DNA of 55,845 nt, filler included, from Asterionella formosa (taxonomy: Eukaryota): NCBI GenBank assembly GCA_002256025.1. It is 5 parts of 5 records of this genome, joined end to end, with 100 filler letters (N's around TTAATTAATTAA, not from the genome) between each part and the next. Parts side by side here need not be neighbours in the genome. Positions count along the whole stretch, not along the records: positions 44,800 to 55,845 come from NKIB01008862.1; 4 more parts are not named here. One strand, 5' to 3'. A program made the translations under genes and the position numbers. Of the stretch, positions 47,210 through 55,845 are shown piece by piece (position 1 is the stretch's first letter; every line of letters starts with the position of its first letter). The notes below the pieces were generated by a model. That model did no database searches. It was not told where the DNA came from and saw only the letters and a list, made by a program, of their open reading frames with translations.

Positions 47210-50200
47210 TTCTGCATATGAAACCGTTTTTGGGATTGATTTTGATCTCATTATGCCAGATACCAGAGACAGCATCCGCAGATGCACAACTATCCAAGAG
47301 CGCATGGATGTGGCAGCTAGCAGTAGATTCCTTGCTGTTGTGGAATCCATGTTTGACTTGACCCTTAATCCCAGTGACCCCAATGACTCTGTCTCCATGG
47401 AATTGCCATTGCCACAGGATGGCAATCTCTGTGACACCACTTTCACAGGCTGTGACTTTTCACAACGTTTTGCTGAAATTTTAGAAGGACCTGATATTAG
47501 CAACAGTGTTCAAGCTCAATCAACAATTGATTATGAGGAAAGCAGTGAATATGATATCAGCAGCAGGGATGATGAAAAATCTGAGAGAAAAGAGCATTCT
47601 TTCCACATCTACTGCCACAGTAAAGATGGAATTCTGCATCACAACGAAAATCTGGGTAATCACTTGTTTCAACAGCTACAGCTAGATTGTGGCACAGACA
47701 ACTTGCTGCCGTCTCCTTCCACAGGCAACTCAGTCAAAGGCATAGACAACATGCTGCAATCTTCTGCCTATTGCAACACAGAAGAAAAGGAGCCGGATAG
47801 GATTGTATAAGTTATGAAATCATTGTAGTTCCTCCAAAAACAAGAAAAATAAAAATGACAACAACAAGAAGAAATGCCTTATCAGTTCAAGAAGAATTGG
47901 AATTAGGTGAAGGGTCAATTCATATTTGGGGAGGACAAAAATTCAAAAGGTTACATCCCACAATCAATTGCATCTCATGTTACTTTTTTAAGAATACCAT
48001 TTAATCACAGTTTGCAATGAAGCATAGTACTCTAAATGTGAGAATACCAATGCCTGGTATGAAACTGATTTTATATCAAGTTTTGCAGCACTGATTGCTC
48101 ACAAGAACCATGTTGGTTCCTTTCAATTTGTTCATTGTCTGATACCGATGGAAAAAATACTAGAATCGCAAATGTGCAAGAAATTGAAGGTCAATGTAAA
48201 AAGGGTTGTAAGTGTCTTTCATGGCAATCATCACTTTGCAGTAATGGTGAGCAACCTTGACACCAATGTCATAACAATTTATGATGGCCTCAATCCAGGT
48301 CTTAACAACTGTTTCCACCATATCACCAATGTGCTTTAACAGACGAAACTAATCGGAAGGAACTCTTTGCCAACTTTCCATTCCAATGGTAAAACAGAAT
48401 TTGAGCTGGTTACTGATAAGGATCAGAAGGAACTCTTTGTCAACTTACCATGATTCCAATGGTAAAACAAAATTTGAGCTGGTTACTCATGAGGAGGATA
48501 GAATGGATCAATTCAAAGTCGATCATTGTACATCAAAAAGATGGGTAAAATTGCGGCCCGATTGCTTGCCTCATCCTGGGTTCGATTTTTGAACCAGAAA
48601 TTGTTAACATATCAGCTATTTCTCCACATAACTATCGCCCCTTTGTTGTAATAATGTTCAAGAAAATGGTTAATCAATTCAATACTGAATTGATCTTACC
48701 AAGTGACCGACATGATACTGTTTCAATGACACAGCAAGTGAATACTGAGCAAGTGGATTTTGATGGTGAACTGATGCTAAATGAAATGGTAGCAAGAAAG
48801 AAAGAATACAATTTTTGCATAAAAGTGTCGGAAAATACATAAACCGTCAGTCAGGGGAGTTCGTGATCATTTCCGCAATGCGAAGTTTTTATTCGCATAA
48901 AGAACAAGCAGTGCTATTGTAAACTGTCAAATGACCTTATCAAGATTCCATAGAAATATGGAACACGACAATTAGCGTGTACATGAAACTCACTACAAAA
49001 TTGACATAGAAGAATTTGTTGCATCTTGAAATGTTGTTCCCTCTCCGAGAATACTGTCGCTCAAGTTTCTTCATCTACTTCTACAAAACATAGAAAACCT
49101 TATCGAGTCAAAGTTATTAAGCTAATCATCGCGGACTCAAAACTGTCGTTACTTTGGTCATATCTTCAAAACTGAGCAAATGACGACCAAAAACAACTTC
49201 CAGCGCCGATTTCAAGTTGTTGTTGTCAATATTAGTGCAAAAAATTTATTTTTCAACGATAATCTCTTCTATGTTAGTGTACATACACGTGCCAAATAGG
49301 AATTGCTCATTGTCAATATTCGTGAAGATATTCAACTCCATTATTTCGTCATGGTCAAGATAGAGTTGCTGTCTCATCGACCCCATACCACAGGCAGCTG
49401 TACAAACACACATGCAAGTACTGGTAGTACATACCCAGTAGCATGTATGCCAAGCATATATACTACCGGTAATATGTAACGCTATATACGGAATGTACAA
49501 AGTATATACAAGGTTTGTTGCATGTGTGATGTTTTCCATGTCGAAAATGTAATTACATCTGATACATTATACATCCGATTTCTTGACAAAATGAACAGTA
49601 GTACAAATATATTTTTATTTTTCGATTTTCAATATACAAAGTAAAAAGAGTCATTGAATATTTAGTTAGGAAAAGTTTCTATCATTGATAGAAATTAATA
49701 TTGATTTGCTACAAATTTAGTCAAAAAAGTTATCCCGAGTTCCCCCGAATAACTCATTATGCATTTTCGGACACTTTTATGCAAAAAGTGTAATAGACCT
49801 AGAAAGAAAATTACGTCGTGGGAATGAGAACAGATGTGCAAGACATGCTATGGAAAGAGCAGTTAAAGAAACGCCCATGAAATCAATGAATAATATGTTA
49901 GAGCACAACGACAGAAGGATCAAAGCAAATACATGAAAGGCAGACATATCCAGTCAAGGCAAAAGGCAACTATTGGGTCTATTGTTACACTTAAAATGGA
50001 CTACAGAGATGTAAGCAACAACCCACATGGAATTCCTGCCATTGTCTTCGCCCTATCTACAAATGAACTTGGACGAGGAATTCAAGCAGTAACTGATCAT
50101 GGCATTGTATGTTCTGGAAAAGGGAGAAATGAGAAGACATACTTTATCCCTCAAGAAAGATGCATTGTCCATCCTAATATGGCAGTCATTTCACCATATT

Positions 50201-50425
50201 TGAATGAAAAGAGACAACCCATACTTGATGGAACTTTCGCTTGTGAAAATTATAGAAAATGAGTATGCAGCAAGCTCATGCTTTGTGCTATCCTCAAGAT
50301 AGCAAGTCAAAACGAAGGTTTATGTGTCTCAAAGAATGCACAAATGCTTGTGTATGCTTTAAGGAAAAGCATGGTTGCAGTGTGTCTTGCAAATGTTCTG
50401 CGAAATGTATGAACAAATTCAATAA
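47210..50425 (+). mobile_element. Decayed transposon-associated gene: Ulp1/C48 protease domain plus a Ginger/KRBA2-like C-terminal region with a Cys cluster
   Basis: HHFAVM (about 48230), TIYDGL (about 48275) and QKDG*NCGPIACL (about 48535) form an H/D/Q/C catalytic set. Downstream IGSIVTLKMDYRD..NPHGIPAIV..TDHG and CLKECTNACVCFKEKHGCSVSCKCSAKC. Confidence 0.55.
48809..49790. mobile_element. Tc1/mariner-type non-autonomous element (982 bp) inserted in the Ulp1-bearing gene
   Basis: TA|CAATTTTTGCATAAAAGTGTCGGAAAATACATA ... TATGCATTTTCGGACACTTTTATGCAAAAAGTG|TA. The imperfect inverted repeat extends to about 60 bp. Confidence 0.85.
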
Positions 50426-51241
50426 ACAATTATAAGTCATTATGAGGTAAAAATACTTTTTCATAAGATTTTTTGTCATGTAAAAATCTGGTGAAACAGC
50501 AGTGTATAGGAAACTGTGGTGAACAGAGCAATCAGTGTGTACTAGGTACTCCTGGTCATGCGATACGCTACCATTGGTATTATGCATACTAGTACTTCCA
50601 GTGTACGTACCGCAGGCGTATTTGTTATGGAACCACCCCTATACCAGGGGTCAGGATGGTGATTTTCTTAGCTAAAAAAGCATTTAATTAAAGTTAAATT
50701 GCCTCCGAATTGCCTTGAAATTTTATCCACGACTCCAACAAGATGGTCGTGACAGTGGAGTGTATTCACAAAATAAGCGCTCGTATATAGATACTGCGAC
50801 TTATCGCTTCAAATCTGATGAATGAAAGGACCCGGAAAATAAATAAATAGCGCCGATTCAGCAGATTTTTTTCAGAGACGACGTAACAGATCGAGACCAT
50901 ACTATTCCAGTGCATGCTTTGTACGTCATGAAAGTAAACTACTAGTGCGCTAGCTTCCACTACGCCTAAAAATAGTAGCAGTAATTGCGGGTACAAAGAA
51001 TTAATTGTCAACAATACGGTACTGGGACAATTTTCGTAATATTTTGCTTACAGGTAGGTAATTTGAATGCCGGGAATGTCTCGTAACATAATTTCTCTAA
51101 CATAACGGTTTTCTGTTTATAGCATCCCATGTTGCAGGAGTCCTGATCGAGGATTGTCTGTACACAATACAGTATACAGGAATAGATGCTACCGCTACAG
51201 CTGAGTTGGACACATCTACTAGCCTGTGCAATCCTCTGTCC

Positions 51242-52035
51242 ATGACAAAGACGACGACACACGTGGCCGATGGCTCGTCGTGGCCAACGATGAAGCCTTC
51301 CTTGCGTCCAGACCTGATTCAACGGGATAAATATAACGCGATTGTCTCGGTTCCCACGCTAATGAATTACGTTACGAAAGAAACAATGAATGCATACACT
51401 TGCCGAAATGAAACTGGCTCGGATACCATTTTGAAGGGTGTGGAATGGCAACCAGACGAAGTATCGATTAACAGCGGCCGTGTTGGTGCCGGTACTCCGC
51501 AGCAGTACACGATGGATGACAATGGATTTGAGCTAATGGAATCCTTAATTCTTGAGCATATTGACTTTTATAACCAGAATCACATTTTGGATCAATACTA
51601 CCCCCATTGTGAAGCCCTTTTGGCCGGTAAATTCGACGGCGCTGCAATTGTCGTTGCATTTGATCATAATGTTCGAAGCAATGGATTTCGCCGCACTCTC
51701 GACCATGCTGGCCAAGCAATAGTGCAGAATCCACTCGGAGTTGTTCATGCAGATTATACTCGCATCTCGGCTCCCAGGAGATTGCAACAGTTATCAAGTG
51801 AGCCAAAGACTAATGATGTTTGGAAGCGTGTCCTGTTGGACCCAAAAATCGCGGAGGAGTGTTGTCAAGGGCGACGACGTTTTGTTTTTTGCAATGTGTG
51901 GAGAAATATTAAGGAAGAACTAGTGCAGCAGCTTCCACTTGCATGTATCGATGCCAAGTCAATTCATTGGAATGATCTGAGGACGTTTCAAATTCAATAT
52001 GAGACCGAATTGGGGAGAATTACTTCTCTTGTTAA
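51242..52035 (+). pseudogene. AsaB/CmcJ/NvfI-like oxidoreductase, frameshifted and 3' truncated
   Basis: GFEL, YYP.CE.L, FDHNVR, VHADYT, NVWRNI and PLACIDA. DRIGENYF lies in another frame from 52003 and is followed by TAA. Confidence 0.7.
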
Positions 52036-52433
52036 TGATTTTCTAATTGCATCATATCGTCAGTCATTTGTTTCTTCATCTCCAACCTCTTTATGGTCGA
52101 ATACAAAGTAGACTAACTCATCCTTCATTTCAATTGTTGTTGTAATCGTCAAAACGAAGTGTATTCATAAATGTATACTATCCCGGCTGCTCAGCAGCAT
52201 GCGTTAGAGCTCGTCATCAGTGAGTTGAATCTTTGCGCCTGTCCGTCCCCCATTTCAGTTAGCGGCATGGCTGCTGCTGGGACGATGACCCTTCACAGAT
52301 TTCTTTTATGCTTCGTCAATGAAAGATAAATGAGGAATGATCGAGAAGAATACCGGTAGGAGAAGAACTTTATATATAACAATAGTCTATTCCTGCCTTA
52401 CTCTTTCTTAACGTTAAACGCTTGATATCCCGA

Positions 52434-52736
52434 ATGATGTCATCAAGATCCAGGCGCATCCTTCGTTTTTTCTCAAGCGAGAGACGATTCTTGTCGTCCC
52501 ATCTGTCCACGCTTTACCTTCACGTTGGTCCCAGCGGAGATTGCTGGACCGGTTCTTCGATCTATGCAGCCAAACATCTGCAACCTGATTATGTTAAGAG
52601 TATTCCATTGCCATCCAATGTTGATGTCGACTTGCTCCTGGAAAGACTGGGAGAACAATCCCAATTGAGCCAGCGAATTTATGATAGTGGTGAGTTTCCT
52701 AGTGGCCTATTGGAAAGTTTGAAGGAAGAAAAATGA
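52434..52736 (+). CDS. Small hypothetical protein with a mitochondrial-presequence-like N-terminus
   Basis: MMSSRSRRILRFFSSERRFLSS followed by a protein-like core YLHVGPSGDCWTG..IYAAKHLQPDYVKSIPLP. Clean ORF with gene-like composition. Confidence 0.6.
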   Translation: MMSSRSRRILRFFSSERRFLSSHLSTLYLHVGPSGDCWTGSSIYAAKHLQPDYVKSIPLPSNVDVDLLLERLGEQSQLSQRIYDSGEFPSGLLESLKEEK

Positions 52737-53889
52737 AAGCAGGTACCACCATAGTTTAGTTGGTAAAAGTTACATCAATTAAAAGATGACATGTGCAAGT
52801 TGGTGTATGCTATGGTTAGAAACTGGGGAACCTATTTTGCCTACTGTCCCTGGTCATCTTCCATGGACTTCTGAAATGGCGAATTGGTAATGATATGATG
52901 TGGTAGTTGCCATCTAAGAAGTTTGATTGTGAAGTAATAACATGGTATCTCTGTATATGAAATGATTATTACAACCTGCTGTAATATGCAGTATACTTCG
53001 AACTAGTGTTAATAGCTGTTACTTCTTGTTTCATAAAGGCATCTTGATAGCACTTTCCCAAAAAAATGAGCTTTTATGAGGAATATCATGTGTTGTGGTC
53101 TTGTGATAATAAGTTACACGTGAATTATATACCTATTCATGGTTGCATCCATAATATTATTGCTGATTGACAGCCAATAAGACCCATTCAAGAGACCCTT
53201 GCTGGCCTCTATCTAGTCTGATACCTACTCCAGAGTATTAAATAATCATCATGGTAAAAATTTAAAAAGTTCACATTTCACATTTCACGTCACTTCATGA
53301 CATTACGATGTATAGCTTCCCCTAGCTCAAACTATCTGGAGAAGTATTACTAATTGTCGCTTGTTTGCCATACAAACTACAAAACAATTGGTTAAAGCTT
53401 GAAGCCCTTGATGACGGGCGGAGGTTCCTGGTTGACTACATACCAGTACACCCGGTACCAGGTACCTGTTACCCTGGCTGGTACATACCAGACCAGCTAT
53501 CCTCCCTCATCAGAGGAAGGTCCAGTAAAACACGTTTTTAACTTAGGAAAGGATTCAGCTAAATATCTCAATTACTAGACCTTCCAGGTACTACTGGTAC
53601 CATTAGTATATTGGGTTCTTTCCAGCTCGACAGGCTGATGTCAGTCTCCCTTTACAGCCCAATATGAAAACCTTAACATCTCCTTCCTTTAAGTTTATAT
53701 ACATCATTAGATAGTACTTTTCTCCTGAATAAAAGAGCTATATATGTTAAAGACAAAGAATTGAATTTTGAATTAGTAATACTTAGCCATGTGTCAGTCA
53801 CAACATGGAAAATTCAGCAGACACGTATCAGTCTGGACTGGAGGGACTCAATGCTGCTCCCATGGAATGATGTAAACAAAAATCAACAC

Positions 53890-55030
53890 AATGATAGACA
53901 CCCATGGAGCATATACAAACATGTCCGAGTCTTGCATGTACTTTGGGGGTGGGAAATTTCAGCATCCACAACCTCTGTCCCGAAAAATGTCTTGCCTTTG
54001 CTTGGGTAGCCGGAAAACTCTGTGCTCTGCAGTTTTTGTCAATCTCGATGACCCTCTAGGCGATTCGTCTTCTTCTTTGTAAAAGGGATTACTTACCAAT
54101 ACCTCTGCCAAAACTGTGCGAAAACCGAGCATGCCATCAACCTCTTCCTTGCAGAAGTGTTTATATGCCAGCATGGCAATTACTTCTGTGACTGACAAGA
54201 TGAATGCAAACACTCCATTTGGTCACCATTTTGTCGCCCATACCAGTGCCACCTCCAAAATGATTGGGGAATGCCTCTTTGCATTATGATCGTCAACAGC
54301 ATGCTGAAACTTGTAGTGGTTGTGGATAACCTCAGTATGCATATGTAACCTGTTTTTGGCGCTTTGTTCCTTGTACCACCCAATTTCTCATTGAAACCTT
54401 GCCAATTGGTTCTAACAAATGGAATACAGTCAGTTTCAACTGAGTTGGAAATAATGAAAGTCTTGGATTGCAATTTGAAGCACCAGTCAGTCTCCTATAG
54501 CAAATTCCTGAGTATCCCCACTCATCCTCAAACAAATTGTTTATTACTTCATTGGAATGAACTACATTTTCAGGTGCTGGGGTATTGTCATCATCAATAG
54601 CAACAAATAGATTTGCAAAGGTTTGTCATTAGTAGCATCATAAATTTTGCCAGTATCTTTAACAAGTTCAAAGAGCTCGGAAGGCATCTCTTCATCATCT
54701 ACTGCCTCCTCAGGTACATAATAGCCTTCACCATTGTAAAAGTAGTCTGGATCACCCTCAGTAATGATCTTGAAGTGCTTTTCAAGAGCATACAGCTCAG
54801 TTGTATCAGCATCATCCACAGTCCCAGGAGCTGTGACCACAATGGCCATCACCTTGTCTTTACCTCTACTTTTCTTGAGCTCCCTCTGCAGAACTGCCAC
54901 TCTTTCAAGCTGATGAACTTTTCCAATTTTCAGATGATGATTTTGAAACCACAGTGACGTGTGAATTTTTGTGGATAGGCATGAAACGACAGCACCTTTG
55001 TCCATGGTCAATTTTCGATTTTGTGCCATC
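53890..55030 (-). mobile_element. piggyBac-like transposase remnant, internally deleted
   Basis: AVDDHNAKRHSPI.LE...W.TKW*P..VFAFILSVTEV...AY..F at about 54150-54300 matches the region around the third catalytic Asp. Many stops and frameshifts. Confidence 0.7.
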
Positions 55031-55845
55031 CTGCACAGATAATTTTGAGAGTTTTTCTGCTGGTAGTAGGCTTCTCATATGACTGCGATTCTTTAGACCT
55101 ATAAGCTTAGTATTTCCATGCATACCTTCAGAAACCTACAGTTCTTTAGATTTAGATTAACCTTTCAGAAATGAAATATCCATTGAATTGATCTAGGGGC
55201 AAGGGATTGAAAACCCAGACTGAATCCAGTCTATTAGACTGAAATCAGCCTAGCGATCCGACTTCATAACAGTGAGATGAATCCCGCTTATCATGCTATC
55301 TTCGCTCGGGATCGGATGATTTATTCGTGTGAGAAGTTTGTTGCTCTGATGATAATACTACCGGCATAACAGCTTGGTTGTACACTGTACTGTAGAAGCA
55401 ACGTGCCGTACCAGGTACACCCGGGAACTAGGTGTACTTGGTGGTACCTGGTATATACCGCAAATGGAAAAGAACTGTGGACAATATATATATGATACCT
55501 GGTACCACTTAAAAACTGTAAGCCACCGCTATTTTACTCTATCTTTCGACTAAAAATATTTATGTAATTCAACGATCAAAACTTGACGCAAGTACAAAGC
55601 TTATGTTAGACAATGCTCTCTGCTATACTATTAAGGAATCAGTTTTGATTCAGTGTATCTAGCCATGAAGAAATAATTTTTCCAAAGTCACTAAGATTAT
55701 TGCATAGCGGTGGCTTACAGTGCATATTTTTCTATCTGTACATGTATATATTTTCCCCCCAAACCGTGTTTATTTTTACTCCGTTAATACTACAAAAATT
55801 ATTTTCTTATTACTTTACGTTTTACACTTTTGCAGGGCAGCATCA

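Overview
Eukaryotic nuclear DNA, most likely a diatom. Evidence: short GT-AG introns of about 77-105 nt, a CoDi-type Copia element and a monomeric NADP-IDH. The window is not one locus. It is five scaffolds of about 11 kb (1-11123, 11224-22326, 22427-33523, 33624-44699, 44800-55845), ordered by decreasing length and joined by artificial N44-TTAATTAATTAA-N44 spacers. Host genes: DNA polymerase eta, an EF-hand protein, the 3' end of a monomeric NADP-IDH, a secreted neutral Zn-metallopeptidase, SPC25, RPL9, a membrane-anchored SAM methyltransferase, a multi-pass class-3 lipase, the 3' end of a CAMK-type kinase, a 4-TM protein, an AsaB/CmcJ-like oxidoreductase and a small unknown protein. Much of the rest is decayed transposon DNA (Copia, piggyBac-like, Tc1/pogo-type, Harbinger-like, Helitron-like, Ulp1-bearing). 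Best leads: (1) a tRNA-Ala-derived SINE-like repeat with a structured body, three copies; (2) a DNA transposon family with CATCTAAGCCGCG terminal inverted repeats and a 2-bp TSD, probably of Plavaka/CACTA type; (3) a single in-frame TGA that cuts Pol eta off from its NLS and PIP box. All family assignments come from motif recognition by eye; no searches were run.
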